NCBI RefSeq assembly: GCF_009834535.1
Contig: NC_045696.1
Span: forward strand, 95,482,001 to 95,546,000
Direction: 5' to 3'
DNA: 64,000 nucleotides
Source: Camelus ferus
Taxonomy: Eukaryota
Shown here: piece after piece, positions 41,031-54,932 of the stretch
Layout: each line of letters begins with the position of its first letter
Position numbering within the stretch: the first letter of the stretch is position 1
Program-made: the position numbers and the translations under genes
The notes under the pieces: model-generated
Databases searched by the model: none
Seen by the model: the letters and a program-made list of their open reading frames with translations, nothing else
Told to the model about the DNA's origin: nothing

Positions 41031-42614
41031 TCACTATGCAAATTGAAATTGAATATATATAATGTAACTGAATAGGATGTTCTTTTCCCTAAATATCTTT
41101 ATTTAATGATATATTTGACAGTCTTACATTTTGAACAGTGGTCCCTGAAGACATCAAAGACATTGACTATTTTCACAGTCAAAGCCAATGCTGAAAAGAA
41201 AACAAGACTTTTCTCTGCTAGATTTTTCTTTGCTATTAAAAACCTCAACATTTTTTCAGAGTTAAATAATAAAGCTCTTTAATTATTATTTTAGAGTTTT
41301 TTATTTTTTCTACATATCTCCTCTTGAGCACCATTCTCTATCACTTTCCAATTATACGTATATATACATTTTTAAAAAGTTGTACAATATTCATCTACTT
41401 TTGGGGGGAAGGGGGTCTTTTTGGTACTTCACCTCTGTTGTGCAGTGAAGTGACATTTTGGGGAATAAGAATTATGTTCTTTCATCTGCTGCAGTGAAAA
41501 GTATACATATTTAAATAAATCCTTAAGGAAAAACAATTAAATAATTTAAACAGTAATTAAATAATTTAAAGTAGTATTACTTTATGACTTTAGTGAATTA
41601 TAACGACAGAACAGACACATTTGTATTAATTTCTTATGAGATGTTAATTGTGTTCCTATTAAAATATCATTTTGGTAATCTTTAAATGCAATACTCAGAA
41701 AAATACGTTTTTAACTTTGATTTGGGATCACAGTACCAAAAGCAGCTGAATTTTAAGGTAACTATAAATGAGATAACAAAGTAGTTTTTATTCATTCATC
41801 TGGAAAATAAAATTACATATTTTAATATAATGGTTCAAATTGATTTGGTATTCTGTTAAAATTGTTCCTGTACAATTAGAAGTCATATTTTTGTATTTAT
41901 TTCAAAGCTAGAGTACTTTTAATTCAGATCAGCCTTAGAAAACACATCACACTTTGTACACCTACATAAATTTGGTTTTTTAACTTAATGTTTTTAGTGT
42001 AAATTTCCATGACATGTAACATGAGTAGAAAGTGCCTTGATTCTCAAGTTTCAGAAGAATGAAACTTTTAATGAAGAAGTAAAATGGATTCAGGATTAAG
42101 TAATAAATGAATTCACATGGGCAGGAGCATCTCTGATCCTATACTGATCTTAGAACCTAGAGGGTAAATTTGGGTATATAACTGCTGAGACTAATGAAAG
42201 CCTTGGACCTGGAAACCCTGGAGTATACAATGAAAGGCATTTCCTGTGTGATGTTTTGGAAGGAAAGACAGTCTACTTGCCAGAAAAATCCAGGGTATTA
42301 AAAAATAACACTGAAAATGCAGAGATTTACAAGAATAGCTGTTAAAATAAAGTTGATACTCCACTTTCCCTCATTTTAACTTATTTTTCTAATAATTTAA
42401 AAAAATTTTTTTCCTCTTTTGCTTTTACATTCACCTTCTCTAGGTTGTAAGATCTTTATATTAGTCTTTCCAAAAGTCCCCTCTTTTAGTCATCTTCATG
42501 CATTTCAACTTAGAAATTGGACACGCAGACTAAAGATCGGTAAATTACTTTTAATTTTTTTTAAAGGAGAAGCTTGCATTGGTCAAGGTACCATTAGAGC
42601 ATTCACACGCTCTA

Positions 42615-43140
42615 ATCAAGCATTAATTAATTTTTGAGTCCATGTTTTATGCCAGGCATTATGCTAAATCCTGTAGGCACTATTGTAAATATGAAAGACA
42701 TGATCTAATTAAGGGAATGATGCTTTGATGAAGTGTCTGTCAGCTGAGAGTTTATGATAAGTAGGAGTTGGCGGCTGAGAATGTGAAGGTGAGCATGTCA
42801 GGCAAAAACAAAGGCTCAAAGAGTGGAAGAGCCGGTGCCCACAACCAGAAGCTGTGGCTTAGTGTGCAGAGGGAGACCACGTGGTAGTGAGGCTGGAGGA
42901 AGCAGGGTCAGACCATAAAGAACCTAGAAGGCCAGATTAAGGGTTTTACATTGTATCTTAAATTCAACAGGATGCCATTTTCTGGTTAAGGGTTTGAGTA
43001 GAATTGTAAAAACCAGATTTTAGAAAAATCAGTTTGGCTTCAATGGGAAAAATAGAGCCGAGTGAGAAGGCACAGAAACAAGGAGTCCAGTTAGAGGTTT
43101 GTTGCAATAGTCTAGGTGAGAGTCCAAACTGACATATCTT
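42615..43140 (-). mobile_element. L2 fragment
   Basis: tatgccaggcattatgcta; gaggctggaggaagcagggtcagacca; gtccagttagaggtttgttgcaatagtctaggtgagag. Confidence 0.8.
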
Positions 43141-44179
43141 AACGTGGGCTGGATTTTGCAATCCCTGTGCTTAACACAACAAAATATAGTGAAATAATGG
43201 ATTAATGAATTAATAAAGGAAAACTCTTGCTGGTCTGAAATTCTGTTGAGCCATCTTCATGAATTCACTTTGAAATACTGAAGTCTCAGAACCTTACATC
43301 TTTAATATACATTAGGAGCTTAACTCATCAGCGTATCAACCTGTAGAATTCTACGGATTACCATAGACGTGTATTACCATAAATCTTAAACAGTAAGAGT
43401 TCACAAAAGTGTTCTTTGTGAAAAGGTCTTCACTACGTAACAACTTTCTTTTTCTATCACATTTTATTTTATATACACCAGTTCAGATCTAAATTACTTC
43501 TTGAATTAAAAGAAAAAAGAGGTTAAATATAATCATCTCTGAAATCCTAGAGAAGTTATAAAATGATTTATTTCTCATTAATCATTTGATCAGATATGCT
43601 GAATCTCATAGAAACTCAAAGCTGCATTTTGTCAATACACAAATTACATGTTTGCAAACATTTGACTATCTTATTCATTATTTATTGTAAATGAAAAGGA
43701 TATAGAAATTAATTTTTTGGTAATAGAACAATTTTATTGTTCTATCTTTAAAATACAAATTAAAATAATTTCTTTAGTGGTTTAAAACAGTGATAATAGT
43801 GTTGGAGAATAATAGTGTTTACTGATCTAGTAATTAGAAGAGCACATATTTTGGTCTCATTGTAACACACATAGATGACATGGGAAAAGGAAGAAGCACA
43901 GAATGCAGTCCTCAGTAAGCACAGTCACAGGAAGCACCATATCAGAAGCCCTGACTTGCGAGATACAGGCAGGATTCTACAGAAAAATGACAGATGGCAA
44001 ACCTCTGGCAGGTAGGCTCAGCTACAAATATTACTTATGACTTTCAGGCAGATCGCTTGAGAATTGAGACACAACACTTTTTCCCTAAAATTTTATAGAA
44101 ATAGTGAAGAATGAAACCTCTGTAAACTATGAGTTTTTTCCCACTGACCATCTAAATCCCATTGGTTAAAAACAAGAGT

Positions 44180-44825
44180 CCCATCCATCAATCATGCTCC
44201 TTTAGTATTTATCCAAAGGAGTTGAAAACTTACGTCCACATAAAAACCTGCACAGGAATGTTTATCGAAGCTTTACTGGTAATTGCCAAAACTTGAAAGC
44301 ATCTAAGGTATCCTTCAGCAGGTGAATGGATAAATAAACCATGGTGCATCCAGACAATGGAATATATTCAGAGCTAAACAGAAAGGCATCAGCAAGACAT
44401 GAAAAGACATGAAGTAAACTTAAATGCATATTAGTAAGTGAAATAAGCCAATATGAAGAGTTATATACTACATGATTCCAGCTGTACAACATTTTGGAAA
44501 GGCAAAACTACGGCGACAGTAAATTGACCAGTGGTTGCCAGGAGTTGGGGTGAGGAGAGATGAAGAGGTGGAGCACAGAAGATTCGTAGGGCAGTGAAAA
44601 TACTCTGTATGTTACTGTAATGGTAGATACCTGTCATTACATATTTGTCTGAACCCATAGAATGTACAACACAAGGAGTGAACCCTAAAGTAAACTATGG
44701 ATTTTGAGTGATAATGGTACATCAGTATAGGTTTATTAACTGTAACAAATGTACCACTCTGGTGGGAGATGTTCGTAATGGGGGAGGCTATGCATGTGTG
44801 GGGCAGAGGGTATATGGGAAGTCTA
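44180..44825 (+). mobile_element. L1MC1-like 3' end
   Basis: ccaaaggagttgaaaacttacgtccacataaaaacctgcac; aacccatagaatgtacaacacaaggagtgaaccctaa; tgtaacaaatgtaccactctggtggg. Confidence 0.92.
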
Positions 44826-45699
44826 TTAAAAGAAAAACAATAGAATCCTACAATATTATTTGCTTGTGGTCCCTCTTACCTTTGGTGCTCCCCTACAATC
44901 CAGAGGCTAAATATTCTCAAGCAAGCACTAGATGCTGTTTCCTTTGTAGTCAGACTACTTACACTTGCATGCAGTTTTGAATTATTTGTTCCTCTGAGGT
45001 GTCACTAGCTGTCCCTTCTATTATTTTTGTATATGAGAACAAATGTAGTATGGTTAATTATAATGTTTTAAGCAATCATACAGTGGTTGAAACCAGTTCC
45101 TCTTCTGTTTGTTATTCTAACACAAAGCATTGCATTTTCTGGCCAAAGGATAGTAAGTCATTAATAAAACAAAAGTAGGTAGTATAACGAATCCATTTGC
45201 GTAGTCTGGTAAGCAACAGGAACCAGCATTCATTCTGAAAACAGCCACTGACTTAAAATTCTAATTCTGGAGGAAAATTAAATATTTGACATCAGTCATT
45301 TTGCTTCTTATGGTTTAAAGTACAGATTTTTAAAATCAATATTTTTGGAAATAGATGTAGAATTTTTAATTACCAAGTTTCATTCCATCTTCTCTTCTCT
45401 GAGTCCCGTTACATAGAAGTGTACATATTTGCTTATATCTAGACAACAAGTATTATGAGCATGGAGTACAACAGTAAGTAAATCTCATTCCCTTGACTGT
45501 TAGAGCATCGCAGCCATGCAATCCTAGGAACTGGACAACTTTATACAAATTAATGAAATGTATGTTAACTATGAAAAAGTAAACTTATCAATATTAGTTT
45601 AATCAATTAATTAATAATAGCTTAATTAATATGAACCAAATAGACCAAAATATGGTCCTTGAATATTAATTCTGACTCATTGCAGTCAAGTTTCTGATA

Positions 45700-45830
45700 G
45701 AATTAGGATAAGAATGTCAGGTCTGCTGCTAACAGATGTGAGACCTTGGGAAGGTTATCAAGTCTCTGGGCTGTGAGTGACTTCATCTGTAAAGCAGAGA
45801 TGACATTGATGATTTTACTGTGAGAATTCA
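45700..45830 (+). mobile_element. MIR fragment
   Basis: tgtgagaccttgggaaggtta...cttcatctgtaaagcagag...tgtgagaatt. Confidence 0.65.
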
Positions 45831-48394
45831 TATTCTGGGTGCTTTTTATTAATGAACTGCAGAATTACTTACATACTAAGTAAGAGGTGACATCAGATAA
45901 AGTACTGCATTGAGAAATGAAATAATAGGCTGCCATCAGACTTACCATCCTATGAAGAGGTATAAAGGTGAAGGGAAAAAAAGTCTTAAACGTGAAGATT
46001 ATTGAAGGCAGGATTACAGCCAACATTTCCTGGTTTCCCCAAATAGGCCAATCAGAGCTCCTAGTAGAGTGAGTTAACTCGATAACTCAAGATTCTACCA
46101 TAACCCAGCTGATAGGCCCCAATCTGTCTCTTTCAACTTGTCATCATATTTCTGGTTATTCCGAGCTCAGAGTAGAGCCTCAATGTACACGGATTGAATA
46201 ACTAACCAAACACACCACATTGCCTACAGCTTCCTGGCATCCGAATCTTTGTTGAGGGTGGCAAATACATAATTTTTTAAAATGTGAAATGTGAAAAAAT
46301 ACACTGAGGTTTTCTTTCTTTCTTTTTTCTTTTTTTTTTTTTTTTGGCCAGATTAAGTGAAATAAATGTCATATGAAGTCTGCTTCTGAGAACTGAAAGA
46401 GGAAAGAACACATATCAGAATGACAGGGTGGGTAATGCCATGGGGGCAGGGGTAGAGAAGCAGGCACAAAAAGTGAAAGCTATTAGTGCCCAAAGTAACA
46501 TGAGGATCACTTCCGAGTGTTCTTTCGTTGGCCTTGAAAGTGAGTTTACCTAAAAAAATGAAAAGGCACAGTATAATGTGAGGCAAGTAACTTTCATATA
46601 TGTATACCCATAATTGTAATTGTAACTATTAACTGTAACTATTCATCCGGGCACTGACTAATCAAAACAGACACTGACCGCTATCTGTCCTGGTGTGTCT
46701 GGCCAAATAACAGTTATTCGTCTGGGATGATCTTTGATAGAATCCTGGTCAACAGAGAGATTACTCAAATAAAACACATTTCCATTGTTTCCCCGATCAT
46801 GGATAAAAAGGTCATTTTGCTCCCCAGAGCTCCTTACTTTGCCAGATGAATAAAAAATAGATGTCATAAATAATCAAGAATAAAAGCACTTAGGAATATA
46901 TCTGTATATTATTAGTCACTCATTCAATATGTATGAACTAAAAACGCATTTTCAAAATAATACAAATGAAAATAGTAGAGCCCAACAATGAGGAATTTGA
47001 ATAAGAAATTGAAGTGTCATTTATCAAACGTTTGATGGAAAAGTCAATCTCATGGATTTATTTATTTCGGTAGCCAATTGTGACAGCCTGAAAAGATGTA
47101 TTTTTTGTTCTTTTTAAAGGAAAATGAAACAATTTCCAAGTCTAGCCAGCTAAACTGCCTCTAGTAAATGTGAAGATGTTATTCTCTCTGTTCCCTGAAG
47201 TAATGTTTATTACATGAATTGATATGTGCATTAAGGCCTCTGGTAGTTGAGGTCACCACTAGACCTTCCTTAATTTTTCCTAAAATCACAAGGATTGCTT
47301 ATTCGGACAGCTGCTACCAAGCCCAAGGAGGCTGTAAGGCAAGTGCTCTTACAGCAGGCCTAAATCCTCTGTGCACTTCTGATCTGATCCCACAAAGCAT
47401 CTAATGCTAATTCTTAATGAGAGACAGGGAAGACAGCAATGAAATGAGAAAAATAAGGCGTCATCACACATTGAGCTTCTCTTAAGTTCTCTGACCACTT
47501 ATTATAGTTTTGGTCTCAAGATTTGGTTTGCTTAATTGGGAATGACTTGCTTGCCAACATTATGCTGTATTCTCCAAAGGCCTTGCCTTTACGCTTGCTC
47601 TTAAATACATGATGCCTGGGGTTGGAAGCCAAAGTGAAGAACAAACACTTTTGTCTTGGCTTAGTATTTGACTAACTGCTTTATATAGGAAATCTAACAC
47701 CCATAGTTAAGCCTTAGCAAACCCTCACTTTAACACATGTTAATCTTCGCCTTTAACTCAAATGTAGAGCTGAAAGCTCTGCCAGTGAAATTACCACCGT
47801 TGGCAATCGTGCATGTGTAAGTAAGTGTTTGTGTGTTTGAGAATATTTGTTTTAGGGTGGGTTTTATAGGCATGATAAATCATGACTGTGGTTGTAAATT
47901 AACAAAAATAATTTAGTACTTAGAGAATGGAATTTGTACACCATGTACCACATTCATGCAGAATAATAATAAAAAAAACACCACAGTGTTCATTTAGTTG
48001 ACCATTCTGGGTGCCATTTGAGAGTATGTGCCCCTCTGCTTTATGTGGTTTTATTTGAAAGCCAGTTTCCAACCAAAATTAATCTTTCCTTTCTCTTTTT
48101 TACCATAGGCGCTTTCTTGTACTTCTAGCATTTATAATCTGGTTTATAATACTGTTATTTGTTTATATGTCATTCTCAGCCCTACAGAGGAAACTGCTTG
48201 GTGGGGGCGCTATTTCAGCAGTGCCATAGATCACATAGAAAGAACTCAGTAACGATTTTTAAGTTGAATAATTCCGTATAATGCACCCTACTGGAAACAG
48301 ATTCCTCATAATTTAACAATTTACATACCCAAAGGAGCCCATGGAATAATGAAAATATTCATATTTTAAAATTTGTGAATATTCGTGTAATTAT

Positions 48395-50260
48395 TTCCCC
48401 ACACCAGACCCTGTGTGAAGTTCTAGGAGAGGGGAAAGTATAAAATGCATTGGGCTGTCCAAATGCTAATATATAAAGCAAATAAACTGTAGAAAAACTA
48501 AGAGATGCTGAAAGTATTTTACTGAGTTAAGACCAGGTAGGTAAGAATATTTCCTTGGTGATGTAAAATGTCAAGACAGGTTTTTCAGAGAGGATGATAT
48601 TTGAACTGGGTCTTGAGGTAAATCCAGAAGGATGAGAAAGATTTTGTCAAATAAACAAGAAGACAAGGCAATTTCAGGGTTAGAAATTGACATATACAAA
48701 AGTGCGAGAGATTGAGTAAATAATATAGTTTATGAGATTACGAATATCTATGGATAGTGGTGGGCTTCTCTGAATGAAGAGGGGCCAGACATAAAAGACG
48801 GGCCATTTGTGCTTTATTCTACAGGTTGTGATGGTTTTTAAATAAAGAAGTGACGCGACATAGTTTGCTAGTCTAGTATGGACAAGATCGGAGAAGCAAA
48901 TGACAGGGTCACAGAGACTAGCGAGGAGGCAGGCGATAAGAGGCTGTGAGAGGACAGTGGTACTGGGGTTGGGCAAACATGAGGCCATGGAAAGTTTAAT
49001 GTTACAACTGATAGACTAGAAAATGCTTGAATATAGGTGGAGGATGGAGTCAAAGATAACCCAGCAATTTCCACTTTGAACACCTGGGCAAGATTATATC
49101 TACTTACTGAAGGGATCTGGAGATTTCTCTCTGTCAGGCTGGGTTGGAGGATAGTAATGAGTTTGGCACAAGAGTTTAATGTGCCAATGGGACACTGTGA
49201 TGGAAACCTCTTATTTATTCTAGCCAAGCATGTCTCATCTCTTCACTCATCTCCTGTCCTTGAGACATTCTCTTCTCCATTCATGTGGTTTTGAAGCAGC
49301 CATCGTTTGTACAATGGAAATTTCCTGTGGCTAGAATGGACTGGCTGGGGTGGGTAATATCTTCCTAGAATGGGCCACTAAGAGTCCTTGCCTCCAATTA
49401 TTAAATTGAAACAGAGAAAGCAAAGTTGGTTCCTCTCTGGATGTCTGAAACTGAGGATATATAAACTTGGTGAACATCAGTTGTCACATCCCAACATGTG
49501 GGCTAAAAAGTACAAGAAGTTAGTTACCAGGGTGAAAGAAAGCATAAATACTCAGAGAGAGGTGCAGGTGACAAATGGAGGAAGGATATTCCTGGTTTCC
49601 CCTTGGGACTTTGGTCTCCTGTGGCAGCCATACATTCCACCCTTGAGGCTCCTGAAATTCTCTAGTAATCACTGCAGTAAGCCTCCCTTCCTTCCTTTGT
49701 TTTTGCCTAAGCTACCCAGAGTCCATTTTTGTTGTTGTTACTATTTGTTTTTAAGCTTAAGTTGTATTATACTATGTCTGAATGGAGATGCTCGATATGC
49801 AAAGAAAATATTCAGAAAATAATGTTGAGACTTGCACATTGATTTGAAGACATCTTCAAAACAGATTTGGGAGCTGAAGCCTTGTGAGGGAATGAAAATG
49901 TTCAGAAAGAGCAGGTAGAGTGAAAAGAGAACAGACCTTCCTTAGTACCGAATTTCACGGTAAACACAAAGAGAAAAGGATTTTGGAGAAAGGAAGAGGA
50001 AAAGGTGAAGTAGACTGACAAAAGGCAAAGGAAATTCAAACATAATGTGTGGAGAAACTCTGCTAAATATTGCAAGGAGGTCAAACAGGATGAGGACTAA
50101 TAAGGAGCTACTGAATTAGGCAAACAAATGATTATTGTTCATTTTTGTTAGATGTAAACAGTTTCAATAGAATGAGAAGGATATTGTCTAAAACAGGGCT
50201 AAATAATGAATGAGAGAAGACTGCTTTCGCAAGATGTGTGAAGGAATAGAAAAGAAAGAG
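48395..50260 (-). mobile_element. Long degenerate L2, interrupted by an LTR
   Basis: gaggatgatatttgaactgggtcttga; ggagtcaaagataacccag; cagatttgggag; gaggtcaaacaggatgaggact; cagtttcaatagaatgag. Confidence 0.75.
49195..49770 (+). mobile_element. ERVL solo LTR (LTR33-like) nested in L2
   Basis: ttctccattcatgtggttttg; 3' end tttttgcctaagctacccagagtccatttttgttg. Confidence 0.55.
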
Positions 50261-50617
50261 GCAGCAGTTGGAAGAAGCAATTACATTCAATTTGACAAAT
50301 GTTTACTTCCTACAATGTTCTAGGTACCAAACTAAACTAAATGTGAAGGTAGATACAGTTTCCGTCTACAACAATTTATAGTCTAGAGTTGGAAACTCAT
50401 AATGCAAAGTGGTGAGAGGGTCAGGGCTAGAGAAAAATGCTTTTAACTCCCCAACAGTTATGTGGCCGTGTTGTATTTGATTTATAAAAAACACTTCAAT
50501 TTTGTATGTCTGTGCGTTTGCCAGCATACACATGTGTATGATCACAAACACACACACGCACACAATACATAGAGTCAAAATTGAAACAACTAGTTTGTCT
50601 AACAGCAATCAACACTA

Positions 50618-51183
50618 GGTTGTTTCATGCTGAGGCTATTGTAAATAGTGTTGCTGTGAACATTGCGGTGCACGTATCTTTTTGAGTTAGAGTTCCCTCC
50701 AGATACATGCCCAGGAGTGGGATTGCTGGATCACATGGTAAGCCTATTTTTAGTTTTTTGAGGAGACTGTCATTCTAAGTGAAGTAAGCCAGAAAGAGAA
50801 AGAAAAATACCATATGATATCACTTATATGTGGAATCTAAAAATGAAAGACATAAATGAACTTATTTTCAAAGCAGAAACAGACTCACAGACATAGAAAA
50901 CAAACTTATGGTCACCAGGGGGAAAAGGGTGGGAAGGGATAAATTGGGAGTTTGAGATTTGCAGATACTAACTACTATATGTAAAATAGATAAACAACAA
51001 GTTTATACTATATAGCACAGGGAACTATATTCAATATCTTGTAGGAACCTATACTGAAAAAGAATAGGAAAAGGAGTAACTGTATGTATATGTATGACTG
51101 AAACATTATGCTGTACACCAGAAATTGACACAGCATTGTAAACTAACTATACTTCAATTGAAAAAAAAAAAGGAAAAAAAGAA
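50618..51183 (+). mobile_element. Young L1 3' end with 5' inversion
   Basis: Antisense ORF2 C-terminal segment 50618-50764, then sense 3' end with poly(A); 12-bp TSD caatcaacacta at 50606-50617 and 51184-51195. Confidence 0.93.
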
Positions 51184-52031
51184 CAATCAACACTATAACC
51201 ACTTGTTTGGATGTGTAAGCCAACCGGACCAGTTCTAATTCACTATATAACATGAAACAATCTATCTGGGGGCACTGTTTCATTATCTATTGTTAAGAGT
51301 AAATTCTCTTACATGATAATTGAACCATTTAAGGAGAAAGTATCCTTAAACATCTTTCTTTTTGATAAAGTGTGGCAACAGTGTTCATAGAAAGAGAAAG
51401 GAATACTCAGATCACACCAGTATCACTAGTTTTTGTTGGTTTTGCTTTGTTTATTTTTTAAACATCAATGAGAACTATTTACACACATAATTTTTTTCTT
51501 CACTGAAGAGTAATTACTTAAGGACACATCCTAAGTACCTAATTTTTTCCAACAAAAGGATGCCAAGAATAAGATTCTTTAGAGGGGAGGCTCCTGTTCA
51601 TTAGTTACCCATATTCTATTTTCTGATATCAAAAAATACTTCCTCACTGTTTACAGTTTTATTACCTGCCAGGGCTTCTGACCTTAGAAACTTCAACATT
51701 CCCTCCCAAGAGTGTTCTGAATCAGCCACAGGCTCTTGGTAGGTAATCAGCCTTTATGTAATACAAATGTAAATCATATAAGCATTCATATTTATATTGT
51801 TCTAAGATTATGGCACATTATATACATTTTATTATTCATGCTACCACTGTGTGGTAGAGAAAGGAGGTCCAGTCAATGAAACCTGAGGCATAAAACAGAT
51901 AAAAATATTGGAATAATAGTACTTTAATTTAGTCTACTCATAAAGCCCATTTATGTTAGAGAAACTAGAACAATAAATATAACCTATCTGGAAAAGTGCA
52001 GCTGGTCCTAAAATGATTATTTACACAGAAA

Positions 52032-52074
52032 GTGTATGTATGTATGTGTGTGGGTGTATGTGCGTGTGTATGTG

Positions 52075-52158
<84 letters not shown>

Positions 52159-52176
52159 TGTATATGTATATGTATA
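52032..52176. repeat. Compound (TG/TA) microsatellite including (TA)25 at 52103-52152
   Basis: Direct read; accounts for the five YI/CV-repeat ORFs. Confidence 0.97.
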
Positions 52177-52177
52177 T

Positions 52178-52266
52178 TTGTTCACACTGTATACACACAC
52201 AGCACAGGGAACTGTGTTCAATATCTTGTAGTAACTTATGGTGAAAAAGAATATGAAAAGAAAACA
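52178..52266 (+). mobile_element. Short young-L1 3'UTR fragment
   Basis: agcacagggaactgtgttcaatatcttgtagtaacttatggtgaaaaagaatatgaaaag aligns to the L1 copy at 51014-51074. Confidence 0.85.
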
Positions 52267-52329
52267 AAAGTATATTTCCTTCTTTCTGCATTCACTGGAA
52301 TTTGACCAAATCAACCCACTAGCTTGTAC

Positions 52330-52985
52330 CACGATGCTTGTCTGTTTGCCTGGTTGTTTTCAATAGGACTTAAAAGCAGAACTGACAAAAATTTCTTAAA
52401 CTTAACTCTGTACACCTACCTCAAACCTCTTCCATTGCTGTATCCTTTTCTCAGTTTAATTTCTTTCCTCCCAATCCATTCAGTTACTGCAGCCACATAG
52501 CTAGGTGTAATCCTTAATTCATTTCCTTGTCTCAAACCCAGTCATGAAATATGTCACGTTCCTGTCATTTCTGTCTCCAAAATCTACCCCAAATATTTGT
52601 CCTTTTCTCCAGATCTGCTTCTACCCTTACTCAGGCCCCTTGTCTCTGCCTGCCCTCCTGCCTCAGCTCTCTGATTTGCTGCGTTGCTTCTGCTGAAGGC
52701 TACAAACCACTCTCCATGATCCAGTGACCTTAATCAATGTGAACCAAAGCACAGGACTATCTTGCATAAAACATCCTAGAGTTCTCAGAATAAAATCCAG
52801 ACTCCTCTTCATGGCCTGTTTAGCTCCAAAAGATAAGAGATGTCTCTGACACAACTTTATCATTTTTTTCTTCTCTCCTTACACTCTAGCCATATCTGTT
52901 TTTAGTTCCTCTAACTCCCCAAACTTTCGGGGTTTTGTCCTTGCGGTTGTCTCTGCTCTGGATGTTCTTACTTAGGATTATTGCA
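52330..52985 (+). mobile_element. L2 fragment
   Basis: ctaggtgtaatccttaattc; cagaataaaatccagactcctcttcatggcct; cactctagccat; ttgcggttgtctctgctctggatgttct. Confidence 0.78.
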
Positions 52986-53156
52986 AAATTTGGCTACAGC
53001 CATGAAAAAGAATTTAGGTCAAATTAACGGAAGTATCTTTTAGTACATGTCATACAAGTCAAAAATTCAAACACTGAAAAAGTGTTAATGCATAATAAAG
53101 CAGATTGATTGGACATGAGTTATTAAAGGGAAATTAGGATGTTAGGGGCAATATAT

Positions 53157-53589
53157 TGTTCCAGTTACTATGGCTGCATAATAAACAATTTTGAAGTTAG
53201 TGGCTTAAAATAAAAATTTTATTATGCTCATGGTTTCTGTGGGTCAGGAATTTTAAAAGGGTTCAGTGGGAATGACTTGACTTTGTTCCATGTCTGAGTT
53301 CTCAGTAAGGAAGGATAGATATGTTTTGAAAGTGGTAGATTACCGTTGTCTGGAGGCTCATTTATCACATGTTTGGTGTATGGATGTTAGCTGTCAGTGA
53401 AACTTCAGCTGGACCTCTCAGTGTGGCTGCCTCGGTTTCCTCACAGCAAAGTAACTGCATTCCCTGTTTTCAGGAGCTGACCAGACTCAAGACAAATAAA
53501 CATAGACCTTACCTATTAAAGGGAGAAGTGTCAAAGCCACATGGTAAGAAGAGCATGTGGAATGGGTGATATTGTTGACACATTCCACA
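53157..53589 (-). mobile_element. MaLR LTR, MLT1H-like
   Basis: tgttccagttactatggctgcataa...ttagtggcttaaaa...ttatgctcatggtttctgtgggtcaggaatt. Confidence 0.82.
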
Positions 53590-54932
53590 TGTATCTTACC
53601 TTGAATTATGGTGTCATGGAGAGCAACAGAGTAGTTGGTTGCAAAACAACTATGATGTCAATGTCAAAGATAGAATACTGGGTATAACAGATCACTAGTC
53701 TCACTAAAAAGACAAATCTTGTGCTGCTGGATATTTTGTACTAGCTAGTTTTAAAGTCACATCACTTTTTAGGAAATAAAATTATTCATTTCGATTAAAA
53801 AGGGTGATTTAATATATCAAAAGTATTTTAAATAATATAATTTAAGGTATAATTTATTAGATTACTTACCAGATAATGTTGTGACACCTATAGTAAACAC
53901 ATGAGACTGCAAATCTCCAAATAAAAAATCAAAGAAGATATGGGAAATCAAAAGAAAACTGTTAGAACTTTCCAAACTTAGTATTGCCTCACTTCTCTAG
54001 GCTATATTGTTTTTGATGTTTTTAATCACTATGAGACAAAAAATTTAAGACATCAAGCCACAAAGACCAGCCAAAGCATTTTTTATCCACACCATATTCC
54101 CTATCAAAAACAATGAACAAGCCATTTAGAGATATTTCTCCTATTGCTTTCAAACATCTGCATAAGCATAGGGGTCTTCAATTATTCATTCCTTCAAACT
54201 GTCCTAACTGGCCTTGGCTGATGATTAGAAGTTGAACATGGAGGTGAATAGTTTATAGGTAAGGAATTATATCCTTAAAGAATTATGTACATATTGCATT
54301 TTATTTAAATCAATTACTGGCTAAACACTAAAAAAGTATTAAGGTGATATGTGGCATTTTGGGGAAAAAAACTGAAGACTGTATTTATTGGTAAACTGGA
54401 ACAGAATGAATCTATACACACACACACATATATGTAAATTAGGGACCAATACTACCCAAGAATGTAATTGAAAAATTATTTTAGCAATAGGATTTGAGTT
54501 TGCAAAGCATGGAGCACTATCACTGTAGATAATTTTTTGAGGTGAGAAATTTGGATTTGTATGTGTAAAATGTATCTTCTGAACACTTTCTGTTTGCTGT
54601 TGGTTGGGTATTTATAATCAAACCTTGAAAATGTTGATAATTTGGTTCTTGAAAACCAAAATTTAAAAATTCAATTTGAAATTTGTAATCCAGTGTTTAT
54701 GACTTTGCAATTCTTTTCTCCATGAAGGATTCTGGTTACTTTATTGGCTACTTAGCAAAAGCGTGTTTGTCCCTCAAGATCTAGCCCAAACATTTTCTGT
54801 TCTGTGTTTCCATAACATTGAGCTTTGTTACATCATATTGTATTTCATTGTATTTACTGTGTAATCTGAGTTTCCTCATGCCTCACTAGTCATGGGTACA
54901 AATGGCTGATAATGGGTACAAAGGAATTATAA

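Noticed and set aside
46658..46867. 69-aa minus-strand ORF with plausible composition
   Set aside because: No recognisable family and no flanking splice signals supporting it
48195..48213. CTCF-like gggggcgcta
   Set aside because: The 5' half of the core (CCASYAG) does not match; sits in L2-like sequence
49388..49822. Longest ORF (144 aa)
   Set aside because: Non-ATG start, lies in an LTR33-like/L2 remnant, no recognisable domain
51965..52332. Five overlapping ORFs (also 6437-6754 and 61081-61263)
   Set aside because: Dinucleotide repeats lack stop codons; translation artefacts
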